Below are positions 25,741 to 37,197 of a DNA stretch of 38,146 nt, piece after piece. The notes beneath the pieces were generated by a model. That model made no database searches. It was given only the letters and a program-made list of their open reading frames with translations, and was not told where the DNA came from. This DNA is from Priapulus caudatus. Taxonomy: Eukaryota. Positions within the stretch are counted from its first letter, which is position 1; each line of letters begins with the position of its first letter. The stretch lies in assembly GCF_000485595.1 (NCBI RefSeq), contig NW_014577090.1:571900-610045 (forward strand), given 5' to 3'. The translations under genes and the position numbers were made by a program.

Positions 25741-26118
25741 GCTACACAGCGGGCACTAGCACTACAAAACAACGATTTTTCTAGGAGAAACAGGATTGTA
25801 GGAAGTAGATGAATAAAATAATCTACCTGTAGAATCCCGTGACAGGCTCTTGACTACCGAATCACCGATGCTGTTACTCTTCCTCCCATCTTCCCTCTTT
25901 TACCGTGACCTCCTCCAACTTGTCATGTCTGCCGAAGCGTCAGTGGCTGAAGATGATTGATCGATCGATCAATAGATAGATTAGATGTGTTATTTGAGCA
26001 CCATACAGATTAACACATTTTACATGAACATGCCACATTACATACAAGTCAGGTGCAAGGAGGAGAGTTAGCAAATGTTTTCGGGCCACTCCCTAATATT
26101 AATAGTAGCCAGATATTG

Positions 26119-26428
26119 GGCCACCCTTTAAAAATTGTTTGTTGCCCTTACCTACTCGCCCTCTCAGGGGTACGAGCTAGGTAGGTCATGGTTGAAAAAA
26201 TTCTTTTTTTTATTTTGTTTTTGACACGATGTGTGTATGCTATAGTGTATATTCTGTTGTGTATGATGTTTTTACGCGAACGAATTTGATTTTGCCCCTT
26301 GTTTGCCAAAACGAAATAATTTTTGTTTTGTTTTAATCAGGCCAAATTAAAAATGTGTCGGAGCTAGCGGCGGTTTTGGCAAGTCGTCGCGCTAAGGGGA
26401 AAACAGAGCAATATTTTATCTTTAGGCC
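26119..26428. mobile_element. Candidate small TIR element with GGCC ends (Zator-like, tentative)
   Basis: Left GGCCACCCTTTAAAAATTGTTTGTTGCCCTTA vs reverse complement of right end GGCCTAAAGATAAAATATTGCTCTGTTTTCCCCTTA; imperfect, TSD not clean. Confidence 0.35.
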
Positions 26429-27660
26429 TTGGCAGAATGGCCACGCCAGACAGATAAGGTTTACAAGTAGACATGAGCACAACATGACTTTATATGATTG
26501 TACATGAATTGGATGATATAAATAAGATTATACATTGCGCAATTGTCTTCCTGCTACTAGAAGTGAGATAATATCAATACAACAAGTGATGATGCCAAGA
26601 GTCTTTGGATTGAAAGGCCATGCACATTAGATGGTGTATCTCTTTAATAGCAATGCTTTTACAATTGGAGGTTTGTTAGCAATGCATAAATGCCCAAAAC
26701 AATGACACATAAATTAGCATCAAGAGTAGATCTAATAACACGAGCTGTTATTATCTACTCTTCGATAGGCATTGCATAAATTACGGCCAAAAGAAATGTT
26801 TAAAGTCGGCTCATTCACTATAACACACATGAGCAATAACTTCTTTGTAGGAGTGAAAATACATTGTAGTGTTTCTATGCCCTTTTTATGGTGAATTGTG
26901 CACGTAGTGTAGTATGCATTTTGCTACTCCTTTCTAAATGTAAACACATACTCACTTTCATTATACGTTGTATCAATAAGTGCCCTTTCCCTGTGAAATT
27001 ACATATCTCGGTTTCTTTCTTGCGTCCTATTTCTCTTCCATTCAGTTTCTCTTCTTCCTTTAATTTTATTGAGCAGCACAACTTCTTATTAGATACGAAT
27101 ATGTAACTAATTAACATTGAAATTGGTCTGTTTGCTAGTCTACCTGTTTTACTCTCCCCTTTGTAGCCATCTTACTCACAACAGTTTGAAATGAAGAGGC
27201 ACATAATCGTGTTGCTTCAGCTATGGTACGGCTCTACTCTCTAGTACTATACCCGCCGTACAGCTGCCGCAGGGCTACTAGGAACATTTTTATGCCAGTT
27301 TCGTAACTCCACCTGTCCCCAATGCTTCACGAAATATCGGCTCACAAAAACGCAGCGATGATCTGGCTTTTTAACACTTATTTATTCTACATGCGACATC
27401 TCAGTCTCACCGTAGTCTTTTGAGAGTCTACTTTCCACAACTTTACACGCCTTGTATTTATGCATTTATTCCTCAAAAGTGCTCAGCACACTTGCGTTTC
27501 GTTTATCAAATGCTGTGTGGTACACGCGTGAGCACACCGAACATTAATAGGCAATGCATCATAGCTGCTCTATTTTTTGTCTACATTTCGTGCGCTGACG
27601 TCACGCGTAACCTGTACCTGCCGGCTATATTCACTAGCACAGCCACTTGAACGTCTCAAT

Positions 27661-28468
27661 AAACAATGAAAGTTGTCAATCGACACTAGCTGCTCACCAC
27701 AAAAAGGACACAAATGAGTGATAAGATAGAATCATAGTTTTAATGTAGCAGACCATCGACCAGTACATTGATAGAAACGATGCCATCTGATATCGAGCAA
27801 GAATAATTTAGAATAAACCAAAATGAATCACAATTTGTGACCGTAGATGGCGCCTCATACAAGCTTTTCGTAGTGATGTGCGCGTTTGAAATAAATAGCG
27901 TTATCTGCGTTTCCGACATCTGTTTTGTAAAACTTTACTCTAATATAGACGTTTTATCGCAGGTGGTGGGAGGCAAATACAATTTGCCATTAAAGATATT
28001 GCTCAATAAAATATTGTAAAAACGAACCAGAACGAGTGTGTGACACCACAGGACTGTTTGTGCTCTATTAAATATGCTATTATAATTGCCAAAACCCTAC
28101 CTCATATTTGCCACATATTTTTTTTTCATATCAAAACGCCTAGCCCTTATTCATTCACATACCAAAAGTGAGCAAAATCGTTTGAACCTGAACTGATAAT
28201 GGCAATTCCATTTTTGCCAAAACAAATGCCGTGCCGCCTTCAAAAGTCACGTCGACTGGTGGTGCTTCAATAGGACGGTTTAAATATGGGTAGCATAGCC
28301 AGTAACAACTATACCCAATTTCAACATGTGGGTCAACCCGGTTCCTGAAGTTATCGTTGACCGTAGCGAAATGTTGACGGCACGGCTAACGGACGGCACG
28401 CTACGAACGAACGACGACCCATGGCAATAGCCTCAGCTGACGATGTCAAGGTGACTGAGCCCTAAAAA
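27661..28468. mobile_element. Helentron-associated (HINE-like) non-autonomous element; duplicate at 24624-25416
   Basis: Inserted in the A-run of the MITE arm with no TSD; subterminal (GACG)n tract; terminal hairpin ~GCTCAGCTGAC-GAT-GTCAGGTGAGC followed by TAAAAA, the layout known for Helitron-N/Helentron elements. Confidence 0.7.
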
Positions 28469-28651
28469 ATAATGGTAAATAACCAGAAAATGTATTTATC
28501 TATTTACTAGACCAGTCTTAATGTTTCTCTACTCTATGTCGCCTATTTATGCCATAATTAACCCGTAAATTGCCCGGTCAAATTGCTCATCTGCCAACAC
28601 ACAAGTACACCGATGCCCGCCCTGTGCACAAACAACATGAATAAGTTCATA

Positions 28652-28721
28652 TACTATATTATCAGAGTATCATAATAGAGATTAATATCTCTAATATGTA
28701 CTCTTGCATAATAATATAGTT
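28652..28721. repeat. ~70-bp AT-rich palindrome (duplicate at ~25600-25664)
   Basis: ACTATATTATCAGAGTATCATAATAGAGAT ... ATCTCTAATATGTACTCTTGCATAATAATATAGT. Confidence 0.7.
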
Positions 28722-28729
28722 ATATGCTA

Positions 28730-29752
28730 CAGGGGATATACCACGGAAAATTATTTTTCAGCCTAAATGATATAACATAAATATTATTGGACTTCTATGG
28801 CCGCGTAGCGTCTGGCGGAGCGCCGGTAGGCAATGAGACGCGTACGTACGCTAGGGGGTCTAAGGGGCTATGCCCCCCAGGAAAATTTTTGATTTTTAGG
28901 TGCCTCTGTGCTGCATTCGGAGGCGGGTTTAAATCACAAATTGGCAGCGTTTTATAACTGACGAGAAAAATTAGTGCATTGCGCTCTGATTGAGTATCAT
29001 CTTGTTCTGGCGTTAATCACTTATCATTCATCATCAGAGATCTCACTATTATGTCAGAGGGGTTAGTAAGCGTCTGCTGGCTCTCTATTAACTTTAGCTA
29101 CAATCTCTATAGGACTCTTGCTTGAGTTCTCTTGCTGCACTGAGACTGAAGGTCTGAGTCTGAAGTCTTCTTCTGTATGGATATCCTTCTTTGGACTATC
29201 CATTGTATTTATAAATTTATCCATCCTGCATTTGATGCTGTGAAGGTCAGAAAGAGAGCAGGAAAAAAAATTCAAACAAATAGGGGCAGTATATTCAAAC
29301 AGCGTCGTACTACGAGGGTCATCGAGTTTCATTATGTAGATTATTAGTAAATTTTGCTAGCAATCATTATGTGCTGAATCCCTGATGACTGAACGAGATA
29401 ATCTAATCATGTGTAGTCTATCAAATAGCCCGCGCAACACGAATCAACTAATCCCGTAGCGTGTGACATAATTGACCTGCGCGGTGAACCCGCCGCAGGA
29501 AGCTCTCCAATCAGGTAGGTAACAAAAATGGCGGCATATCGACGATGCATGGGAGCGCATTTAAATGGTATTTATCACAAAATATAGCGCATTTATTGGA
29601 AGATTTATCAGATATGGCACAGGCCCAAAACAGTGTATCGGCCGTCTGCTCGACGTGTCAGTATCGGCGAACAATTGGAGTGTATCGGGCCGAAATGACC
29701 GCGTATCGGCGCCGCATACTCAAAATAAGTCGGCCTCTGGCGGAGAACCCTG
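28730..29752 (-). mobile_element. hAT-like non-autonomous element (~1.02 kb)
   Basis: Ends CAGGG... / ...CTGGCGGAGAACCCTG; the duplicate's left end CAGGGATATAGCCAG (25672) resembles the right-end reverse complement CAGGGTTCTCCGCCAG. Four subterminal GTATCGG repeats (29635-29710); internal GGGGGTC..GGGGC.ATGCCCCCCAGGAAAATTTTTG motif common in invertebrate hAT MITEs; sits in a TA-rich site. Confidence 0.65.
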
Positions 29753-29793
29753 ATGTATATATATATTCATGTTGTTTTGTACACAGGGCGGGC

Positions 29794-30673
29794 TAGCCAC
29801 AAGTCTCCCTTCTCGCTTAACGCCTACATTGGCCGACAAGGTCCTGTGCGCCGTGTAAATTAAAACGATCATTGTGAGAATTTTGCCAGAAAACTACAAT
29901 ATAGCTGAATATAGTCTCACCCTGACAGCCGCATAATATCACTGATTACGACCAACATTCAAAACACCAATATTTTATGCAGTTATAGCATAGAAAAATT
30001 GATTTGCACCACCATCATACCAGCAATAAATTTTTTCGAGTCAGCGGACATTTCAAAAATCACCAAATGGCATCTACAAACAGGCGAACATAATTTAAAA
30101 CAAAAGTGGCGCATCTATTGTGTGTGATACATCCGCAGTGTTGATACATCGATTTGATCCACTTTTCTACTCATCCCGTCTTCGTTCATCAGTCCCTAGT
30201 ACTTTTGAAGACTAATATTATATGAGGCGTTACAACTGCGTACACTCCTGTTTGTGTTACGCTACTAATACTATGACCTCTGTGATTTACATCTGACCAA
30301 AAATCATCTCCGGGCGATTGCAATTACTGCACCCTTGTTTGACGTCTCACGGTACCGCGAGAAAGTGCGAGGACATGACAGCACGAAAAATCAACATGGA
30401 GAATGCAAAATTGCTAATCGCTGATGATTTTGATCTTTGCATGCGGTTCTAAGACATTTTATTGTTACTTTCAACAGTTACTGTTACTCAGCAACAATGG
30501 TAGGCATCATTGAGAGTGAGAAAAACACTAAAAAACGCTTGAAAAAAAACTCGCCAATGATCGCTTTAACAGTCCCTGCCGAGAGCCAGAGCCTGGGGGG
30601 GGTACGCCTGAGAGACTAGCAGGTCTGGACCCGAGGGGTCGACACTCTCGTTCACAGCCGTGTCGTCGGTTTA
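29794..30673. mobile_element. Unclassified ~0.88 kb insertion splitting the MITE right arm
   Basis: Host sequence GGCGGGC occurs on both sides (~29787-29793 and ~30675-30681), consistent with a 7-8-bp TSD; no clean TIR seen. Confidence 0.45.
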
Positions 30674-31059
30674 AGGCGGGCATGCGGACTTGTGCTGTTG
30701 CAGATGAGCATCATTGCACCGCATTTACGGCGTAATTATCTGGCAATAATGCGACATAGAGTAGAGAAACATTAAGACTTTGCGTAGTAAATAGGCCTAC
30801 ATTTTGTGTTTATTTACCTTTTTTTTTTTTATTAGACACGGTTCCAAGTGCCCTCGTGCCTGCTGGTGACTAGTCTAAGAGCCACAGGGCCACTTTGCAA
30901 CGTCTCAATAAAAAAAAAAGTTAATATAAACACGAAATGTAACCAAAGTCTTAATGTTTCTCTAAACATCTATTTCGCCCTATAATCACCTGTAAATGCC
31001 CGACGATCAACATGCTCATGCTGCCAGCCACACAAGTATACAGCCGCCGCCCGCTGAGT

Positions 31060-31553
31060 ACTCGCAGTAGGCCTGCATGACCTCCCAAAGATACTCGGTC
31101 GCGGTTTTTTTAACACATTGCAACTCTAAAAACTGTTACGTTAACACAATTCTGTAAAAATATTTGTTATAAACAGGCAAGACGGATTGTCATTCTTGAA
31201 TATGAAGTTATGCATTTCTATCCGTAGTTTATTTTCAAAAGTTACCATCAGCGAAACGTTGCTACCACGCCCCGCCTAGATCGCCCGTGCCCATATCGTC
31301 TATATTTGACTAGCCAGTCTTGCAATCGAAGTCCAAGCGTAAGCAACTCATTCGGGCTGATGTAACTTTTGAAATAAACTACGCATAGGCAAATAAAACT
31401 TCGTATTCAAAATGACAACCGTCTTGCCTGTATATTGCCGGTTTATGTAAACATTTAAGAATTTTTAACGCTTAACAGTTTAGAGTTAGATGTGTTAAAA
31501 AACCCGACCCGGAGTATAACTTTGGGAGGTATGCAGCGCCCTAGCTTGTGAGT
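31060..31553. mobile_element. Foldback element C (~490 bp, ~200-bp inverted arms)
   Basis: ACTCGCAGTAGGCCTGCATGACCTCCCAAAG...ACAGGCAAGACGG...TTTCAAAAGTTACCATCAGC mirrors GCTGATGTAACTTTTGAAA...CCGTCTTGCCTGT...CTTTGGGAGGTATGCAG...TGTGAGT. Confidence 0.85.
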
Positions 31554-31789
31554 TGCCCTGTGCTGCGTGCCACAACACAGCTCTTTCTTATTCACAGGGC
31601 CACGTCTTGGAACGTCTCAATAAAAAAATAATGGTAAATAAACACGAAATGTACCAAAGTCTTAATGTTTCTCTACTGTATTTCGCCTATAATCACCTGT
31701 AAATGCCGGTCAAATGCTCATCTGCAACACACAAGTACACCAAACGCCCGCCCGCGCTGTGCTGCGTGCACAAACAACATGAATAAGAG

Positions 31790-31804
31790 CATCATCATAA
31801 GCTC

Positions 31805-31854
<50 letters not shown>

Positions 31855-31862
31855 GTCATCAT
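31790..31862. repeat. (CAT)n microsatellite at the palindrome axis
   Basis: Flanked by the direct repeat ATAAGAGC (31783-31790, 31861-31868). Confidence 0.92.
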
Positions 31863-32036
31863 AAGAGCTCTCTTATTTATGTTGTTTGTGCACGCAGCAC
31901 AGCACGGGCGCGCGTTCGGTGTACTTGTGTGTTGCAGATGAGCATTTGACCGGCATTTACAGGTGATTATAGGCGAAATACAGTAGAGAAACATTAAGAC
32001 TTTGGTACATTTCGTGTTTATTTACCTTTTTTTTTT

Positions 32037-32339
32037 GGCAGTGGCTACGGGTACGGTAGCTGTATCTTAATGTCTCGAGGCTACGAGTACGGAAGTCCAT
32101 ACGCTTTCATACTTAACGAGACAAAGATGGCGGCGGTGGCGCCAGATTTCGAAATAACGCCTTGGGAAATAAATTCACGATTTGAGAGTTTAGATGTCTA
32201 AGATGAGCTAGAACCCTAACCCTAACCCGAAACCTAACCTTAACCATAACCCTAAACCTAACCTTAATCCTAACCCTAACGCCAAAAAAGGGCTTCAACG
32301 ACCGACGGCTACCAGCCTACCGTACCTCCAGCCACTGCG
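32037..32339. mobile_element. HINE/DINE-like element (~300 bp) with an (AACCCT)n-like tract
   Basis: Inserted within the T-run of the MITE arm. End inverted repeats GCAGTGGCTACGGGTACGGTAG / CTACCGTACCTCCAGCCACTGC; degenerate AACCCT hexamers at 32213-32280. Confidence 0.78.
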
Positions 32340-33613
32340 TTTTTTTTTATTGAGACGTTCCAAGTGCCTGGGCTCTTATTCATGTCGTTTGTGCACGCAC
32401 CACAGGGCGGGCGTGCGGTGTACTTGTGTGTTGCAGATGAGCATTTGACCGGCATTTACAGGTGATTATAGGCGAAATAGAGTAGCGAAACATTAAGACT
32501 TTTGTACATTTCGTGTTTATTTACCATTATTTTGTTTTATCGAGACGTTCCAAGTGCCTGTGTGCGCGTGCGTCGCAAATACCCTACAGCTACGCGTGAC
32601 CCGTTGAGCTGTATATAATAACAGTTTATTATATAATATAATAACAATGTGTTAGTATATATATATATATACAGCTCAGTGGCGTGACCGAATAAATATG
32701 CGGTAAAATATGCGAACATCTCTCAAGCTTGGAATTAAACGATTTGGGAAGCTAGATGTGCCGCGTCACTGGATATGTGCGTAGCTCACGTCTGCGTACC
32801 AGGTCAGTCAGTTGTGCAGCATCATCATTGTTAGTATGACACCGAACACGCATCGTCTGACGCGGTAATTACGTGGTCGTATAAAATTACATATTTTCTC
32901 ATGCATGCGTGTTTACACATTGTGGCGGCGCGCATGCGCTCGTCGTGTGAGGCTTGAATGACGGCTGACACGCGATATGGCATCATAAAGGGTAATCAAG
33001 ATTAGCCAGCTATTGATAGTGCGAAAATGATTGAAATCACAGGACTGTTTTTTAGACCGTAGTCGCTAGTTACGGCTGATTCGTGCTCCCTTCTGTCTGT
33101 GGACATTCCAAGCCGTGCCCACGCTCTCGGGCAAAATTGATTGACTAGGCTAATTTGAGTAATGTTATGGCACTGCTGAGATTTCCTTTCGCTAGCGGTA
33201 ACGAAGCCAGCGTCATTTCAATGGGTATATACACTTAGCAACGCGTGTTACAATTTGCGACGCTTGAACAGATGAAACCATTTCACTTTAACGCTCTTCA
33301 AGATACATGTATCTTAAGCATCCGGTGTTTTGAGTAGAATCACCATGGTTACCGTCGGCGGTTGGGCACGCCTTAATTGTTGCATTAACATGTCAACGCG
33401 ATCAGAGCGTTTGTATGCAATTTGCGACAAGCCTGCACCAGTTCCTCGCTCCAGGCGCATTGGAATTCGATTTCGTCATTTGCATTACGTTGTTTTTAAA
33501 CGAATTTTGTTCGTAATTAACAAAAAAATGTAAAAAACAACGCAAAATTGTAATGACGCGTGAAATATTGGAGAGGGGGCATGGAGATCGATTTCCGCTA
33601 ATATTACCAAGAG

Positions 33614-35472
33614 CAATGTCCGTCTTAGCATGCCTGTCACGAAACACATACGTATGGTTTAAGGGACAGCACTGCTAAAGAAATGATTTATTATGTACGA
33701 TGGTTATTGTTGGCGAGTAACCACTGGTGCGCGACGGATTCATCATTGATATAAAACAGCGTTGGATTACTTGCGCTCACGGCGGCGATAGCTTGCTACT
33801 GACTGCACGGATGCGTAAGATGACGCGGTTGTACACATTGCGTAGGGGGCAGGGCGGAGGCGCGCCATGAGCCAGCAATCTAAAGAATGCTTACAGATAA
33901 AGCGCTATGACATCGATCGTGGCGACATCGAATTTATTAAATCGCGAGCGACGCGGCACGTGAGTGACAACAACAAAAAGTCACGCGACAACGGGGACAC
34001 ATGCGCGACAATAGCGGGTCACGGCGACACAACGGAAGTCACGTGCCGACAAACAGCGAATGCAAGACGCGTGCGACAACAGCAGAAGTCAACGCTTCGA
34101 CCAAGCAACGAGGACAGTACTGTGCGACAATAGCAGGGAAGACAGGTGCACGACCAATGTGAGTCGCGCGCGACAGTAGCGGAGTCACCGTAGCGCAAAA
34201 GCTGGGGAAGTCACGGTTCGACAACAACAGAAGTCACGTGCGCATAGCGGAAGTCCACGCTGCGAATTAGCGGAAGTCGCGGCGCGACAATGCGAAGTCA
34301 CGTGCGACATAGCGGAAGTCACGCTGCCGACAAATAGCAGGAAGTACGTGCGACAACAACGGAAAGTAGTACGGCGCGACAATAAGCGAGAAGTCACGCT
34401 GACAATAGCGGAAGAATCCTTCCGTGCGACAGTAGCAGAAAGTCACGGGCCGACAATAGCGGAAGGCACGCGGGGCGACATAGCGGGAAGCGCCCACGTG
34501 GCGACATAGCGGAGATCCACGCGCACCAACAGCGGAAATCACCAGGAGCTCGGAAAGAAAAAAAACTTTGATGAATCGTTCCAAGTTCTCCACGGAAACA
34601 TACGTCACGGTTCAATCGTCAATCCAAATGGCAGGATGCTGAATGCACGCCTTTTCCTATGTCGGGCGATCAAGCAGACGAAACCTTACCGAATTGAGTA
34701 AAAAACGACGAACAGAACTGTGTAAAAGATTACCGCCTCGCTCGTGGCCGTCGGCTTGAATTTGCAGCGCTAGTGACGTCAATAACAAGATTAGAGGGCG
34801 CGCTGCTGGGGGAGACTTGTGATTACTATTGCTATTGAACGTAATCTTGTGTGATGTTGGACCTATAGCACACAGCAGCAGTAAAACGGGTGCACGCGAT
34901 TTTTGTTTGTTGAGGGGAGTAGCTGAGACACAACACCGAGTAACGTCTGCAACGCTAGTGTAAATGGTTATTCAGACGCGATAAGAAGCCCTGTTGCATG
35001 TAGCTCACGAGCTCGAGGCAGACGCTGACTAACTTACTACGACTCGTTCGGTGCGTAAAAACACGTGTAGGCCCAGTATCTATAGCAAGTAGCAGGAGTG
35101 CATATATTATACACTCCTGACAGTAGTGTATATATAATAATATGTTAAGCAGTATTCACTATTCGCGCCTTTACTGTTCAGTATTACCGATGGACGATGT
35201 ACGAGAAAAGTATATAATTCATGCATGAAAACTCAAGGCACTTGAAGCGTTTCAATAAAATAATTCTAATTAACATACGAAATCTAGTTTACTACCAAAG
35301 TCTAATGTTGTGTCTGATATACTCTTTTTCAATTATTATTGCTGACAATTTCCTGTAAATGCCGTTCAGATGTGACTGTGCAATAAAAGGGCGCGGCCGT
35401 CATTGCTCACGCTTGCTGCACAACTGACACTAAATATATCTTTATATATTTTTTAAGTGTCAGGTGCGCAGC
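33614..35472 (-). repeat. Inverted, indel-rich duplicate of ~21232-22903
   Basis: CAATGTCCGTCTTAGCATGCC (33614) is the reverse complement of 22883-22903; colinear through the 22-bp minisatellite (33945-34545) and half of MITE A (35233-35472). Confidence 0.93.
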
Positions 35473-35649
35473 GGACCGCCGTGCCCATGCTGCAGGTGGC
35501 GCGGGTTGTTGTACGTCTGATGCTCGGCACTGCTACTGCTACTGCTAAGCTGCTGCCACTGCTGCATTTGTTGTTTGGATGTGCTGTTCTGCGGCCGATC
35601 CGCGCGCGCCGCGCCACCGCGCGACCCACGCTACCACACCCCCACACTT

Positions 35650-36150
35650 ACCTAGCTACTTACTCTACCTTACTACTTACTACTACTACTACCTACTACT
35701 TTGCTGCTGTGCGCTGCTGCTGCTGCTGCTTGCGCTGCTGTTGCTATACTTATACTGACTACGCTGCTGTTGCGTTGCTGTGCTATATATACTGCTAGGG
35801 TCCGCATATAAGCTGATGCTTGCAGCTCTACTCTTGCCGTGATGTGCTGTTAACAGAACACTGGCACTAGCACTGGCTATAACTGCGTTACTGAACACAC
35901 ACAACCACAACACACAACACCACACACCCACCAACACGATGTGCACACAACCAACATCACGATCGCGGCTGCGCGCACACACACACACACACAGCCACAC
36001 GCACACACCCACAAGTCGCGCGCGCCACACCACAACACCGACCCACAAACACGCACACAGCACCACACACACATACACAAACACCACACACACACACACC
36101 CACACACAACACCACACAAACACACGCCACACACTCTCTCTCTCTCTCGC
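35650..36150. repeat. Degenerate (CTA)/(CTG)n followed by (CA)n and (CT)n
   Basis: Seen directly. Confidence 0.85.
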
Positions 36151-36742
36151 TGCGGTTTTCCCTCCCCTGTCAGACTTTTTTCGCTTGCCGCGCTCCCCCG
36201 CTGTCTTTGCGGGTTCTCTCTTGAGCATGGCGGTACCTAGTTTCTTCGCTATCTCGGCACCACGGTCTCTCTCCTCTTTGTTACTGACCATGCTAACCAC
36301 CAGGCCGCCAACAATCTGCAGTGTGGCGGGGTAAGCCCTGTTATCCATTTTGCCGTTCACCGAGACGGAAATTCCTTCTCGGGGTGTAGCGGATTATATA
36401 TAGTGATGCAACGAACGTCGGCCTGCGCCAATAGCTCCTATAGGGCCCTCGCGCGGCGCTCCCGATCGGTCCCTGGGGTGCGGGGGCGGTCAGCAGACGT
36501 CCAGGCGAAGCCTACGCGCAATCACCCTGCCGTGGCGCATGATGTGGAGCTCAGCCGATCACGGTGAGATTGCCACCGGTGGCGCGAGGGAGTCGGCAAA
36601 ACGGGCGGTGGCTTGGGAGGGGGTGGCGGCATGGACAGTGCGGTAGCACAAGCCAGCCGGGGATATGAAAGACGGCGGGACGGGGCGAGTGAGCTCCGTA
36701 GCCGGTCGCGCTGTGAGCAGGTAGGCGGCGGCAGTGGGAAGA

Positions 36743-37174
36743 NNNNNNNNNNNNNNNNNNNNNNNNNNNNNNNNNNNNNNNNNNNNNNNNNNNNNNNNNN
36801 NNNNNNNNNNNNNNNNNNNNNNNNNNNNNNNNNNNNNNNNNNNNNNNNNNNNNNNNNNNNNNNNNNNNNNNNNNNNNNNNNNNNNNNNNNNNNNNNNNNN
36901 NNNNNNNNNNNNNNNNNNNNNNNNNNNNNNNNNNNNNNNNNNNNNNNNNNNNNNNNNNNNNNNNNNNNNNNNNNNNNNNNNNNNNNNNNNNNNNNNNNNN
37001 NNNNNNNNNNNNNNNNNNNNNNNNNNNNNNNNNNNNNNNNNNNNNNNNNNNNNNNNNNNNNNNNNNNNNNNNNNNNNNNNNNNNNNNNNNNNNNNNNNNN
37101 NNNNNNNNNNNNNNNNNNNNNNNNNNNNNNNNNNNNNNNNNNNNNNNNNNNNNNNNNNNNNNNNNNNNNNNNNN
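36743..37174. other. Assembly gap (432 N)
   Basis: N run. Confidence 0.99.
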
Positions 37175-37197
37175 TTATTATTATTATTATTATTATT

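Larger units (their letters stand above)
27638..30858. mobile_element. CACAGG palindromic MITE broken into four pieces by nested insertions
   Basis: Left TIR 27638-~27662; rest of left arm ~28465-28645; start of right arm ~29765-29793 (ATTCATGTTGTTTTGTACACAGGGCGGGC); rest of right arm ~30674-30858 ending TTCCAAGTGCCCTCGTG. The pieces join colinearly with the consensus. TSD not clean. Confidence 0.78.
31593..32372. mobile_element. Inner CACAGG MITE subtype B inserted at the centre of the outer copy
   Basis: Near-perfect arms ~31625-31790 / ~31867-32030; right TIR 32340-32372; flanks TTCTTATT (31585-31592) and CTCTTATT (32373-32380) form an 8-bp TSD with one mismatch. Confidence 0.88.
30883..32562. 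mobile_element. Outer CACAGG MITE subtype B hosting further insertions
   Basis: Left arm 30883-~31056 and ~31554-31592; right arm 32373-32562 ending CGTTCCAAGTGCCTGTG. Outer flanks (CTAAGAGC / TGCGCGTG) do not match, so arm pairing is inferred from colinearity. Confidence 0.72.

Noticed and set aside
25970..27130. 3' end of a LINE on the minus strand
   Set aside because: Only a general compositional impression; no RT motif could be read.
31665..31994. Mirror-image 94-aa ORFs on both strands (poly-His / poly-Met)
   Set aside because: A direct consequence of the palindromic MITE plus the (CAT)n centre.
32213..32280. Interstitial telomere (TTAGGG)n
   Set aside because: Short, degenerate and internal to a bounded HINE-like element.
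35689..36742. 223-aa ORF and GC-rich segment before the large gap
   Set aside because: Mostly microsatellite translation, follows an increasingly noisy duplicate, and is likely a low-quality read tail; no recognisable domain.
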